From contig JAZAMN010000003.1 in NCBI GenBank assembly GCA_036229005.1, positions 64,001-128,000 of the forward strand: DNA of 64,000 nt. Direction: 5' to 3'. Shown piece after piece: positions 39,440 through 49,635 of this stretch; the first letter of the stretch is position 1, and each line of letters begins with the position of its first letter. The notes under the pieces were generated by a model, which was given only the letters and a program-made list of their open reading frames with translations, did not search any database and was not told where the DNA came from. The position numbers were made by a program, and so were the translations under genes. This DNA is from Myxococcota bacterium (lineage in GTDB: Bacteria; Myxococcota_A; UBA796; CAJQPC01).

Positions 39440-41131
39440 ATGTCCAAAGGCAGCTTCTGCCTGGTGCTCCACGGGCACCTCCCCTACGTCCTTCACCAGG
39501 GCAACTGGCCTCACGGCGAGGAGTGGCTCTTCGAGGCCGCCGCCGAGACCTGGCTGCCCCTGCTCTCCGCGATCGCCGAGGTCCACGAGCAGGGCGGGCA
39601 CACGGGCCTGAGCCTGGGGCTGACCCCGGTGCTCCTGGAGCAGCTCAGCGCCGACCACTTCAAGCGCCGCTTCCCCCAGTGGCTGGCCGATCGCCGCAAG
39701 CAGGCCGAGGCCGACCGGGCGGAGTTCAAGGCCTGGGGTGACGGACACCTGCAGTACCTGGCCGAGCAGTGGATCCTGCACTTCGGGGGGCTGCTGGAGC
39801 GCTTCGAGGCCATCGGGCGGGACATCCCCGGCGCCTTCGCCGCCCACTGGAAGGCCGAGCGGATCGAGATCCTCAGCAGCAACGCCACCCACGGCTACCT
39901 GCCCCTGCTGCGCAGCGACGACAGCGCCCGCGCCCAGATCCGCACCGGCCTGCGCACCTCCGAGCGCATCCTGGGTCGCCGCCCCACCGGCTTCTGGATG
40001 CCCGAGTGCGCCTACCGACCCGCCGGGAGCTGGTCCGCGCCCGTGCTGGATGGCAGCCCCATCAACCGCCGCGGGGTCGAAGAGCTGCTGGCCGAAGAGG
40101 GCGTTCGCTGGGTCGTCGTGGACGCCCACCTGCTCCGGGGCGCGCGCTCCGAGGGCATCCGCACCCCCCACGGCTACCAGAAGGTGGGCTGGGACCAGGC
40201 GAGCTGGGACAAGGAGCGGCCCTGGCGCAGCGTCCTGGAGCCCCACATCATCGGCAGCACCGGCCAGGACTCCGGCGTCGTGGCCGTGGCCCGGCATCCC
40301 GAGGTCAGCGAGCAGGTGTGGTCCGGCAAGGTCGGCTACCCCGGCGACGGGCGCTACCTGGAGTTCCACAAGAAGCACGGACAGCAGGGCCTGCGCTACT
40401 GGCGGGTGACCTCGCCGCGCACGGATCTCGGCGAGAAGGAGCGCTACCAGCCCGACCAGGTCTCCGGGGCGGTCTACTCCCACGCTCAGCACTTCCAGGC
40501 CGTCCTCAAGGGCATCCTGCAGGGCCAGCTCGACCAGAACCCCCAGCACGGACCGGGCATGGTCTGCGCGCCCTTCGACGCGGAGCTCTTTGGCCACTGG
40601 TGGCACGAAGGCCCCCGCTTCCTGCGGGACCTCTGGCTCACCCTCAGCGCCGACCCGGACATCGAGCTGCAGACCGTCTCCCAGCGCCTGGACGCCCGGC
40701 CGCCCCAGTGTGTGGCCTGGCTCCCCGAGGGGAGCTGGGGCGAGGGCGGCGACCACCGCGTGTGGCTGAACGAGCCCCTGCGCTGGACCTGGGAGGTCGT
40801 GCACCGCGCCGAGTCGCGCATCAAGGAGCTCATCTCCCTGGTCGACCACCAGGGCAACGCCGAGCTGCGCACCGCCCTGAGCGCCGCCGCCCGAGAGGCC
40901 CTGCTCATGCAAGCCAGCGACTGGCAGTTCGTCATCCACACCCAGGGCGCCGTCGACTACGGCATCAAGCGCTTCGCCGGCCACGCCTCGGCCTTCGACC
41001 GCCTCTGTGACCTCACTTGGGCCATCCACACCGGTCAGGACCCCGATCCCGCCCTGCGCAGCGCCCTGGAGCTCCACCAGGCCCAGAACCCCGGGGTCTT
41101 CGAGGACCTGGACCTGCAGGACTGGCAGTGA
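39440..41131 (+). CDS. GH57 1,4-alpha-glucan branching enzyme (DUF1957 type)
   Basis: LHGHLPYV, EEWLFEA, WMPECAY, PFDAELFGHWWHEG, ASDWQF. Confidence 0.93.
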   Translation: MSKGSFCLVLHGHLPYVLHQGNWPHGEEWLFEAAAETWLPLLSAIAEVHEQGGHTGLSLGLTPVLLEQLSADHFKRRFPQWLADRRKQAEADRAEFKAWGDGHLQYLAEQWILHFGGLLERFEAIGRDIPGAFAAHWKAERIEILSSNATHGYLPLLRSDDSARAQIRTGLRTSERILGRRPTGFWMPECAYRPAGSWSAPVLDGSPINRRGVEELLAEEGVRWVVVDAHLLRGARSEGIRTPHGYQKVGWDQASWDKERPWRSVLEPHIIGSTGQDSGVVAVARHPEVSEQVWSGKVGYPGDGRYLEFHKKHGQQGLRYWRVTSPRTDLGEKERYQPDQVSGAVYSHAQHFQAVLKGILQGQLDQNPQHGPGMVCAPFDAELFGHWWHEGPRFLRDLWLTLSADPDIELQTVSQRLDARPPQCVAWLPEGSWGEGGDHRVWLNEPLRWTWEVVHRAESRIKELISLVDHQGNAELRTALSAAAREALLMQASDWQFVIHTQGAVDYGIKRFAGHASAFDRLCDLTWAIHTGQDPDPALRSALELHQAQNPGVFEDLDLQDWQ

Positions 41132-41910
41132 TCGAGCGCCGGATCTGCCCCGTCCGCGGGCGGGAGGTCCTGCTCGACACCAGCCGCGTCCGCCTGCCGC
41201 GCGCGTGGCCGACCCCCGAGCAGCAGCCGCCAGAGTGGGCAGGCCAGCAGCCCATCACGACCATCGGCCCCGTGCAGGTCCACGCCAACGGCCGCCCCCT
41301 GCTCATCCTGGAGGCCAGCGATCCCTCGGGCGGGCTGGGCGCCAACGAGGTCCTCTTCCACGCTGACGCCTCCTGGGCCCAGGTCCTCCGGGCCGTGAAC
41401 AGCCGCGTCCACTCGCTGCGGCGGGATGCCCGTCTCCGCCACTTTGTCTGGGCCTGCGATCTCGGAAGCGCCCGCAGCGAGCAGCCCCACAGCCTGCTCC
41501 TGGCCAGCCCCAGCCCGCTCCCCGCCACCCGCGAGCTCCAGCTCCGCGTGCTCCCCGAGCAGGTGCGTCACGCCCGCAGTGAGGGCCGGGTCTTGTGGGA
41601 GGGGGAGGGGGCTTGTGTGCTGCTCCCACACGCTCCGCTCACCCCCTTTGAGTGCTGGGTGCTCCACATCGACGGCACCGCGCCCGCAGGCGAGGACACC
41701 GGGTCCCTTGGCCAGGCCCTCGCGCGCTGCGTGGCCCTGCTGGGCGGCGCGCTGGCCGCGCCCCTGGCCCTGAGTCTGGCTGTCCGGGACGACGGCTGGC
41801 TCCTTGTCGTGCAGCCCCGCCTGCACCCGCCCACCGCCATGGAGCTCGCGACGGGCATCGCCATGCACGGCGTACCCTCCGAGCGGGCCGCGAGCGTCCT
41901 CCGCGCCTAA
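41128..41910 (+). CDS. Degenerate GalT (hexose-1-phosphate nucleotidyltransferase)-like protein
   Basis: GTGA overlap with the branching enzyme; ERRICPVRGREVLL…R, GANEV, QPHSLLLA (HPHSQ-like), PFECWV, ELATG…SERAA. Confidence 0.65.
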   Translation: MIERRICPVRGREVLLDTSRVRLPRAWPTPEQQPPEWAGQQPITTIGPVQVHANGRPLLILEASDPSGGLGANEVLFHADASWAQVLRAVNSRVHSLRRDARLRHFVWACDLGSARSEQPHSLLLASPSPLPATRELQLRVLPEQVRHARSEGRVLWEGEGACVLLPHAPLTPFECWVLHIDGTAPAGEDTGSLGQALARCVALLGGALAAPLALSLAVRDDGWLLVVQPRLHPPTAMELATGIAMHGVPSERAASVLRA

Positions 41911-43511
41911 AGGCCCAGGCCCATCTGGAGCAGCCCGACCTCGCTGGCGGGATCTGTGGCGAGGAGCTCGTCCACCCCGTCGCCGTCGAGGTCGGCCACG
42001 GACCACGCGGCGCCCACCCCCTCTTCGATCAGCAGCTCCCACTCTCCGGAAGCATGCCTGTAGAGCGCGCCCTGGTGGTGGATCAGCAGCTCCGGGCCCT
42101 CGCCGGCGTCCCAGGCCAGCACGCCGGTCGACGGGGTGCCCAGATCCTGCCAGCTCCCCCCGGCGAACACCCAGGTGCCCCCGTAGGGCTCCGAGGCCGC
42201 CAGGTCGTCCAGCCCGTCGCCGTCCCAGTCGCCCAGGGCCGCGATCTGCCACGCGAAGCGCCCGCCCTCCACCGCGCTGGGCTGGTGCCAACTCTGGGTG
42301 TCTCCCTGAACCCACCAGAGTCCGTCGGCCAGAGGCGCGCCCGCCGCCCACTCCTGCACGCCGTCGCCGTCGCTGTCGCCGATCCAGGCCAGGCTCAGGC
42401 CCGTCGCGGAGCCGGCGCTGCCCACCAGCACCGGGTCGCTCAGGGGCGTGGCCTCCGCCTCCAGATCCAGCAGGTAGACCGCCCCGCGGTTGTCGTCGTG
42501 CCCGTAAGCGCCGACCAGGCCCTCCTGAACGCCGTCGCCGTCCACGTCCGCGGCCAGCAGGGTCGAGCCCGCCCAGGCCTTGAGCTCCTGGCCGATCCAC
42601 AAGGACGTGGCCTCGCCGGTGAGCAGGCGTCCCTGGGCCAGGTCCTGCGCGGTGAACAGCGCGACCGCCCCCGCAGCGTAGGCGCCCCGCTCGTCTCCGG
42701 GGACACCCACGAGCAGGTCCGCCAGGCCGTCTCCGTCCACGTCTCCCGGGGCCGCGAGCGCCCAGCCGCCCAGGTCCGCGCTGCCCTCCGCCGTGAAGGT
42801 CGCCGCCAGACTGTGCGCGTCGGCGCTGCCCAGGGTGTCGGAGTACAGCAGCGCGACCCCGCCGGCCTTGGGGCGAGGCGTCCCCCAGTAGGGCAGCCCG
42901 ATCGCGAGCTCAGCCCCACCATCACCGTCCATGTCGCCCACCCAGGCGGCCCCCTGACCCAGGTAGGCCTCCTCCTTGGCGTCCAGGGCGATCTGCGCCC
43001 GGGGCTCGCTGGGCTCGGTCTCCAGCTCCAGCGCCGCGTCCGACACCACGCAGCTCCGGAGCCCATCGCGGGACTGGGGCCAGAGCAGGGGACCTTCGCT
43101 GCGGAAGTCCGCGCCCTCCCAGTGGAAGGAGCCAGGGTCCTGGGCCTGCACGCCGCAGGTGGCTCGGCACAGCAGCGCCCCCCCGATGTCCTCGACGGCG
43201 AGGTCCAGCGTCCGAGCCTGCGCGGGGGACCGGGTCCCCGAAGAGTGGGCCACCCCGTTCAGGGTCACCGTACAAGCCACCTCGTCCGCGCACTGCAGCG
43301 CCGTGGGGGCCGCATCGACCAGCGCACCGTTCACCGTCCAGGTCACCGGCAGGTCCAACGCCGGGGTCTGGATGCACGCCGCCGAGTAGGGGCCGGGAGA
43401 GGTGCTCGGGGTGATCTCCAGGCTCAGGCTCACCGTCTCCACACCTGTATCGCCCGTCTCCTCGACACTGTCAGGCATCGGCGAGGTGCAGCTCAGCCAA
43501 AGCAGGATCAT
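41907..43511 (-). CDS. FG-GAP repeat lipoprotein
   Basis: Start MILLWLSC (ATGA overlap, GGAGG RBS); repeated GDxDGDG..DLxxG motifs. Confidence 0.82.
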   Translation of the reverse strand: MILLWLSCTSPMPDSVEETGDTGVETVSLSLEITPSTSPGPYSAACIQTPALDLPVTWTVNGALVDAAPTALQCADEVACTVTLNGVAHSSGTRSPAQARTLDLAVEDIGGALLCRATCGVQAQDPGSFHWEGADFRSEGPLLWPQSRDGLRSCVVSDAALELETEPSEPRAQIALDAKEEAYLGQGAAWVGDMDGDGGAELAIGLPYWGTPRPKAGGVALLYSDTLGSADAHSLAATFTAEGSADLGGWALAAPGDVDGDGLADLLVGVPGDERGAYAAGAVALFTAQDLAQGRLLTGEATSLWIGQELKAWAGSTLLAADVDGDGVQEGLVGAYGHDDNRGAVYLLDLEAEATPLSDPVLVGSAGSATGLSLAWIGDSDGDGVQEWAAGAPLADGLWWVQGDTQSWHQPSAVEGGRFAWQIAALGDWDGDGLDDLAASEPYGGTWVFAGGSWQDLGTPSTGVLAWDAGEGPELLIHHQGALYRHASGEWELLIEEGVGAAWSVADLDGDGVDELLATDPASEVGLLQMGLGL

Positions 43512-44512
43512 CGGGCCTCCACGCTCAGTCCCTTCTCCTCCAAGGCTGCCTGGAAGGCGGCGGGGTCTGTGGTGGCGAAGAGCTGGTAGGTGGCGGCGGG
43601 GGTCTCCAGGGGCGCCAGCCCGACGCGCAGCAGCCACTGGCCCTGGTCCAGGGGCAGATTCAGCGTGCGCAGGCTGTGGAGGGGGTCTTCAGAGCCGGCG
43701 TGGGGCGCGCCGTCGCAGCGGTGCAGGTCCAGCGTGGTGCCGCCCTCGGGGGAGAAGAGCGCGACCTTGAGGGTGCCCGCCCGGGGGAGCTCCACCAGCC
43801 AGGCGTCCGGGTAGGGGCCGTCAAAGCGCACGCGGGAGCGCGTCCAGGTGTCCAGGGGCAGGGGGCTGGGGGCGTCCGGGACGGCGCTGAACTCCTGGAT
43901 CTGCAGGCGCAGCTCGCTGTCGTCCACGTTCAGGGTGCGCGCCCCGGGGCCCAGCGCGACGTCGGTCTTGGAGGTGAGCTTCTGGCGGACCACCAGATCC
44001 TGGTCCCGCAGGCGCACGCTGCTGTCCTGGGCCAGGGGGCGGGGGGCCCAGGCGGCGCTTCCGGTCGGCATCTGGGTGCACACGCCGGCCTGCACGCACA
44101 GCTCCAGCCGCAGCTCGATCTCGCCCTCGAAGCCAAGGACGTTCGCCCGCTTCCGCGCCTGGGGGCTCAGGCTCGCGTCGGTGAACAGGATGCGCCAGTT
44201 GGGGGCCTCGGCGGCCAGCTCCACGGGGGCGTCGCTGCGGGGAACGCTCACCCGCATGCGCTGCCAGATCCCCAGGGGGCCGGCGCGGTAGCGGACCAGC
44301 ACAGACGACAGGCCGGGCTCTTGCGCGGGGAGCCGGAGCTGGAGCTCGCGCCCCTGATGCCGGGCGGGGATGTCGCCCTCCAGCACCTCCAGCTCGCGGA
44401 CGTCCAGGTCGGGGAGGGTGGCGCTGACCTGGGTGTTCAGGCACGCCGGGGTGCTGGGCAGGGTCAGCTCTCCCTGGCGCTGCAGCGCACACCCCAGCAG
44501 CAGGAGCAGCAC
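43508..44512 (-). CDS. Hypothetical lipoprotein
   Basis: GTG start MLLLLLGC directly after the sulfatase-like gene's stop; stop overlaps the next gene. Confidence 0.7.
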   Translation of the reverse strand: MLLLLLGCALQRQGELTLPSTPACLNTQVSATLPDLDVRELEVLEGDIPARHQGRELQLRLPAQEPGLSSVLVRYRAGPLGIWQRMRVSVPRSDAPVELAAEAPNWRILFTDASLSPQARKRANVLGFEGEIELRLELCVQAGVCTQMPTGSAAWAPRPLAQDSSVRLRDQDLVVRQKLTSKTDVALGPGARTLNVDDSELRLQIQEFSAVPDAPSPLPLDTWTRSRVRFDGPYPDAWLVELPRAGTLKVALFSPEGGTTLDLHRCDGAPHAGSEDPLHSLRTLNLPLDQGQWLLRVGLAPLETPAATYQLFATTDPAAFQAALEEKGLSVEAR

Positions 44513-46318
44513 TCAGCCGCCGTTCGCGGGGGTCTCGGGGGCGCCATCTGCGGCGGGCTCGGCCGGCTCGACGGGCTCTGGGGGCGCAGGCCAGTCCACC
44601 AGGCGCATGTGCTGGGCGATCTCGGCGGCGATGCGGGGCTGCTCGCCGGCGAAGTCCTGGGTCTCGCCGGGGTCCAGGGCGATGTTGTAGAGGTGCAGGC
44701 TGTCGCTGTCCGCGCGCCACACCGCCTTCCACTCCAGGCGCTGGACGCTGGTGCCGCTCAGGTCGGGCATCTCCGCGAGCGCGATGGAGGGCTCCGCGGG
44801 GGCCGGCCGGTGGAAGACCTCGAACAGGACCTCGCCGTCGGTGCCGGTGAGCATGTTGGTCTCCAGGACGTCCAGCATGGTGGGGAGCAGGTCCGCGGTC
44901 TGCACCCGACGTACGACGGTCGCGGGGTGGTTGTTTCGGGGGCGCCGGATGATCAGCGGCACCGCCAGATCCTCCTCCCAGAGGCCCTTCCCGGCCACGC
45001 GCTGCCCGCCGCCGGGGTGCTCACCCAGGGAGAGGCCGTGGCTCCCGGCGACGACGATCCACGCGTCCTGGGGCGCGGCCTCCACCAGCCGGCCGAGCTG
45101 TCGGTCCAGCTCCTGCAGGTCCTCCTGGTAGCTGCGGGGAGACGGGCCGAGCAGGTCGCTGTAGTGGACCATCAGCAGCCAGCCTTCGGGGCCTCGCTGG
45201 GCGATGAACTCCTGGGCGCGGTCGGTGATGCGCTCGGAGCCGGCCTGGTGGCGGTCCCGGATCAGCGGCAGGCGCAGCAGGTCCAGCGTGGGCAGCAGCA
45301 CCGGCGTGTGGCCCATCCCCACAAAGAGCTCGTAGTAGCCAAAGCCCTGCTCCAGCCCGCGCCCGGGACCATAGGCGGCCTTGGAGATGACCGCGCCGGT
45401 GACGTAGCCCAGGTCCTGCGCGTAGTCCGCCAGGGTGCGGTGGTCGTTGGTCAGGCGCCTCAGGTCCACGCCGGCCCGGTGGGTGCTGGGGTACTGGCCG
45501 GTCAGCAGGGTGCCCAGGGCGGACATGCCCCCGGGAGCGCCCGCGGTCGCGGTGTAGGCGAAGCTCTCCACGGCCAGGGCGTCCAGCTCGGGGGTGAGGC
45601 TGGGCTGCGCGCCGGAGAGGTGGGAGACGTGGTCCGCCCGCAGGCCATCGACCACAACGAGCAACACCGCGGGCCCCTGGCCATCCTTGCCCTTGGGCAG
45701 GTTCCGCGAGGTCGGGCTGGGCAGGAAGGCCCGCAGCGGCCAGACGAGTGCGGCCAGCAGCAGCGCCATCGCGGCGACGCGGGGGCTGCGGTCCCCCAGG
45801 GCCTTTCCGACCGCGCCCACCAGGGCGCCCGCCATCACCAACAACGCGAGGTTCACGCCGACGCCCAGCCCGCTGGCCACCGGGAAGATGCCCGAGCTGT
45901 TCAGCACCGACGAGAACAGCAGCCACGCATTGCCCGCCGCGACCGCCGCCCAGCGGTAGGCGTCCGGTTGGTTTCGCGTGATGTAGAGCACGCCGATGAC
46001 GACCACGGGCGGCAGGATCACCCCCAGCACGCCACCCACGATGCCCGCGCCCGCGGCGCCCACGCCCAGCATCACGGCCATGCTCAACGCGGCCGTCAGC
46101 CACAGCGCGCCCGCGACCCCGCGGAAGCCGATGGCGCCCAAGACCAGACCCGCGAGCCCAGGCAGCAGCAGGTAGAAGGGGAGCACCTGGAGGATTTGCA
46201 GCGGCTGCAGGTGGGGCTGGCCCAGGGCCAGGTGCAGCAGCTCCTCTGCCCCGAAGAAGGCCAGACCCATGGCTGCGCCGGTCCCCGCGAGAGGTAGTGC
46301 GTCTTTCAGGCGCGACAT
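44513..46318 (-). CDS. Membrane-anchored sulfatase/alkaline-phosphatase superfamily protein
   Basis: About 7 N-terminal TM helices; VVDGLRADH, TPELDALA, LLTGQYP, GSHG, VPLII, LYNIALDPGE; no CxPxR motif. Confidence 0.8.
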   Translation of the reverse strand: MSRLKDALPLAGTGAAMGLAFFGAEELLHLALGQPHLQPLQILQVLPFYLLLPGLAGLVLGAIGFRGVAGALWLTAALSMAVMLGVGAAGAGIVGGVLGVILPPVVVIGVLYITRNQPDAYRWAAVAAGNAWLLFSSVLNSSGIFPVASGLGVGVNLALLVMAGALVGAVGKALGDRSPRVAAMALLLAALVWPLRAFLPSPTSRNLPKGKDGQGPAVLLVVVDGLRADHVSHLSGAQPSLTPELDALAVESFAYTATAGAPGGMSALGTLLTGQYPSTHRAGVDLRRLTNDHRTLADYAQDLGYVTGAVISKAAYGPGRGLEQGFGYYELFVGMGHTPVLLPTLDLLRLPLIRDRHQAGSERITDRAQEFIAQRGPEGWLLMVHYSDLLGPSPRSYQEDLQELDRQLGRLVEAAPQDAWIVVAGSHGLSLGEHPGGGQRVAGKGLWEEDLAVPLIIRRPRNNHPATVVRRVQTADLLPTMLDVLETNMLTGTDGEVLFEVFHRPAPAEPSIALAEMPDLSGTSVQRLEWKAVWRADSDSLHLYNIALDPGETQDFAGEQPRIAAEIAQHMRLVDWPAPPEPVEPAEPAADGAPETPANGG

Positions 46319-46402
46319 CGCGACTCGCTCCAAGCTCCAGGTCCTCTATCGTCCCGATGTCCTGGGGTCGAACATCGCCAGGGTGGGCTACGTACAAGGA
46401 GC

Positions 46403-47059
46403 ATGCTTTCCCTCCTGCTTCTCGCGCTGAGCCCTTGGTGGCAGAGCCCCCCCGTCGCTCCCGGCACCCAGCAGGCGCGCGGGGTGCCCTACGCGTTCAC
46501 CCGCACCGGGGACTGCACCCAGCACAAGCAGACCGTGGCGTGCTTTCAGGACCAGGGCCTCCGCCTGTTGGCCCGCCCCCACAGCGACCCCGTCCCGGAG
46601 AGCGCTCCCCGGGTCTGGCTGCGGGTCTCTGGCCTTGAGTGGCAGGCCTTCCACGCCCAGCCCATCGGGGAGGCGGATCTGGGCGGTCAGCGCGTCCCGG
46701 TACACCGCCTGGGACACCCCCACGCACCCCACGCCGGCTGGGAGCTCGCCCGCATCGACGAGGACACCGGTCCCCAGGGCGAGCGCGTGAAGGCGGTCTC
46801 GCTGGAGCACGCCGCGGGCTTGGTGCAGCCCAAGCTGGCCGGCCAGGCGGCGCTGGGCTGCCCGCTGGTCCCCCTGGAGGACGCGCCCATCGCCCTGCTC
46901 TACGACGACAGCGGCGCCCTCCGGATGCTGCGCCTGCAGGGCCTCCCGTCCGCGGGCCTGGGCGCCCTCGATGACCTCGCTTGTGTCGCAGAGGCCCTCT
47001 CGGGGGCGAAGGTCAAGCCGGGTGTGAAGGTGGTGGAGGCCGCATTGACGCTGCGCTGA
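46403..47059 (+). CDS. Hypothetical exported protein
   Basis: Hydrophobic N-terminus MLSLLLLALS; fills the gap between neighbouring genes. Confidence 0.6.
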   Translation: MLSLLLLALSPWWQSPPVAPGTQQARGVPYAFTRTGDCTQHKQTVACFQDQGLRLLARPHSDPVPESAPRVWLRVSGLEWQAFHAQPIGEADLGGQRVPVHRLGHPHAPHAGWELARIDEDTGPQGERVKAVSLEHAAGLVQPKLAGQAALGCPLVPLEDAPIALLYDDSGALRMLRLQGLPSAGLGALDDLACVAEALSGAKVKPGVKVVEAALTLR

Positions 47060-47072
47060 TCCGCCCCTCCTT

Positions 47073-49580
47073 TCAGCGCCAGAGCCGCCTCCAGGGGCGC
47101 TCCTTCTGGGGTTCGGGGCTCTCGTCTCCAGGGGCGCCGGGGGTCTGGGGGCCGGAGGCGTTCGGGTTGCGGCGGGACTCGATGAGGGCCTCGATGGCGT
47201 CCAGAGGGGCCGTCAGGGGCTGCGCGCAGCCGAACACCGGGGCCTGTCCCTTGGTGAACAGCTCGGTGCCGCACTCGGTGCAGCCGGAGAGGTCCCACTC
47301 CTGGGACACGCAGAAGGCGGCCTCGACGACCTGGCGTGAGCTGGGGAAGCTGCCCCCGCCCGTCCCCGAGCCACCCATGAAACGGGACCAGCTCGGGAGC
47401 GCCGCCTTGGACCCGGAGAGCCCCGCGCTGCCGCCCGCGTCGAAGCCGACCCAGACGGCCACGGACAGCTCGGAGGAGAAGCCCACGAACCACGCGTCGC
47501 GGTAGCCATCGGTCGTGCCGGTCTTGCCGCCCAGCTTGCCCTTGGCCCCGAAGCGGCTGGCCCGCGCGCCCGTGCCCTCGGAGACCACGGACTCCAGGAC
47601 CGAGGTGGCCAGCACCGCGGCCCGCTCGCTCGCGACCCGCTTGGAGCGCTCGGGGCGGCTCAGCAGGGTGGCGCCGGTCTCGTCCCGGACCTCGACCAGC
47701 AGGCGAGGGGAGTGGTACACGCCGCCGGCCGGGAAGGTGGTGTACGCGCCCGCGAGCTGCAGCGGGGTGCCCTCGAAGCCGCCCAGGCTCACGGAGGGGA
47801 GGTCGGTGGCGTCCTCGAGCCCCACGCTCACCAGGGAGGCCTTGAGCTCGCGGTAGCCCAGCTCTTCGGCCAGCAGCACGGCGGGGATGTTGCGGCTGTC
47901 GGAGATCGCCTCGCGCAGGGTGATCTCGCCGCGGTAGCTGCCGTCGTAGTTCTGCGGGCGCCAGACCTTGCCGTCCACGCGGCGCTCGATCTCCTCGTCC
48001 AGCAGCAGCGTCGCCGGCCCCAGCGCGGGGTCCTGGTCGAAGGCCGCCAGCATGGTCAGGGGCTTCACGGTGCTGCCCACCTGCCGCTCGGCCAGCAGCG
48101 CCCGGTTGTACTGGCTCTCGCCGTAGTCCCGCCCGCCGACCATCGCGACCACCGCGCCATCCGAGACCCGCACCGCGACCATCGCGGCCTGCACGCCGGT
48201 CGCCTTGGGGTAGGCCGCCTCCAGCTTGTCCATGGACAGGGCCAGCATCTCTTCGGCCAGGCGCTGCAGCGGGGGGTGGATGGTGCTGTGGACCTGCAGG
48301 CCCTGCGCAGCGATGGCGCCCTGACCCAGTGCGGTCTCGACCTCATCGACCAGCGCGTCCACGGCGTAGGGGGCCCGGCGCCCGCGCACGCCCGGCTGGA
48401 TCTTGAGCTCCTTGGCCTTGGCCCCGTCGGCCTGGGCCTGCTCCAGCCAGAACTCGTCGACCATGCGCTGCAGGGCCAGATCCCGCCGCTCCTGGGCCCG
48501 CTCGGGGTGTCGCAGCGGCGAGTAGGTGTTGGGGCTGGAGATGATGCCCGCCAGGGTCGCGGACTCCCCCAGGCTCAGGCGGTCCACGGGCTTGCCGAAG
48601 TAGGCCTGAGCCGCCGCGTCCGCGCCACAGATCGCCGCGCCGCCGGCCTGGCCCCAGTAGATCTCGTTGAGGTAGAGCGCCAGGATCTCGTCCTTGGACA
48701 GGCTGCGCTCCAGCGCCAGGGCCAACAGCAGCTCGTGCCCCTTGCGGGAGAGCGTGCGCTCCTGGGTCAGGAAGAGGTTCTTGGCGAGCTGCTGGGTGAG
48801 TGTGGAGCCGCCCTGCCGGGTCTCGCCGGAGATCAGGTTGACCACCAGCGCCCGAGCGATGCCCAGCACCGAGACACCGGGGTGCTCGTAGAAGCGCGCG
48901 TCCTCCATGGCCAGCACCGCGTGGCGCAGGTCCTCGGGGAAGTCCTCCAGCTTGCGCGGCGTGCGCTGCTCGTTGTCCGCGCCTCGCACTCCCGCCAGCA
49001 CCGTGGGGGGCAGGACGGCTGTCTTTGGGGAGAGGGAGGAGATCCGCCCGTCCGAGAACTTGACCCGCACCTCCTGCGCCGGGATGGAGTAGCCGGGCCC
49101 CTCTTCGGCCCGCAGCCTGACGACGAGGGACTGCGATCCGACCTCAAAGTCGCCGGGCTCGGAGGCTCGCTCCACCCGGGCGTAGCCTGCCCCCTGCAGA
49201 TCGAGCGCCAGGTCTTCGGGGCTGGTCTCCAGGCCTCGCCACAGGGGGATCGGACCGGAGAGCACCTCGCCGGGGAGCTCCCAGAGCTGGGACTCCAGCT
49301 TGGCCTCCACCTGCTTTGCGGCCTGTCGATAGAGCGCGCCGGTGACCACGGCGACACCCAGTCCGAGCGCGCCCACGGCGGCCGCGCTGCTCCACAACAG
49401 CCGGCGGAGGATGCCGCGCCAGTCGACCCCGCCCTTGCCCTTGGCCTTGCTTGGGCCCTTGGACGCCCGGGGCGCCTTGGGCTTGGTGGCCCGCTTGGTG
49501 CCCTTGCTCCGGGGGCTGCCCTTGCTCCCTGAGCGGCCCTTCCTGGGGCCGCCTCCGCGCTTGTCTCCTCTGCTGGCCAC
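47073..49580 (-). CDS. mrcB: Class A penicillin-binding protein, PBP1b-like (TG + TP, UB2H-like region)
   Basis: EDARFYEH, GGSTLTQQLAKN, LYLNEIY; STVK, SRN, KTGT; basic cytoplasmic N-terminus then a TM helix. Confidence 0.9.
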   Translation of the reverse strand: MASRGDKRGGGPRKGRSGSKGSPRSKGTKRATKPKAPRASKGPSKAKGKGGVDWRGILRRLLWSSAAAVGALGLGVAVVTGALYRQAAKQVEAKLESQLWELPGEVLSGPIPLWRGLETSPEDLALDLQGAGYARVERASEPGDFEVGSQSLVVRLRAEEGPGYSIPAQEVRVKFSDGRISSLSPKTAVLPPTVLAGVRGADNEQRTPRKLEDFPEDLRHAVLAMEDARFYEHPGVSVLGIARALVVNLISGETRQGGSTLTQQLAKNLFLTQERTLSRKGHELLLALALERSLSKDEILALYLNEIYWGQAGGAAICGADAAAQAYFGKPVDRLSLGESATLAGIISSPNTYSPLRHPERAQERRDLALQRMVDEFWLEQAQADGAKAKELKIQPGVRGRRAPYAVDALVDEVETALGQGAIAAQGLQVHSTIHPPLQRLAEEMLALSMDKLEAAYPKATGVQAAMVAVRVSDGAVVAMVGGRDYGESQYNRALLAERQVGSTVKPLTMLAAFDQDPALGPATLLLDEEIERRVDGKVWRPQNYDGSYRGEITLREAISDSRNIPAVLLAEELGYRELKASLVSVGLEDATDLPSVSLGGFEGTPLQLAGAYTTFPAGGVYHSPRLLVEVRDETGATLLSRPERSKRVASERAAVLATSVLESVVSEGTGARASRFGAKGKLGGKTGTTDGYRDAWFVGFSSELSVAVWVGFDAGGSAGLSGSKAALPSWSRFMGGSGTGGGSFPSSRQVVEAAFCVSQEWDLSGCTECGTELFTKGQAPVFGCAQPLTAPLDAIEALIESRRNPNASGPQTPGAPGDESPEPQKERPWRRLWR

Positions 49581-49635
49581 GGTCGTCCTGGGTGGTGGGG
49601 GTGCACTGCGATATACCCCGCAGCCGGAGAAAGTC

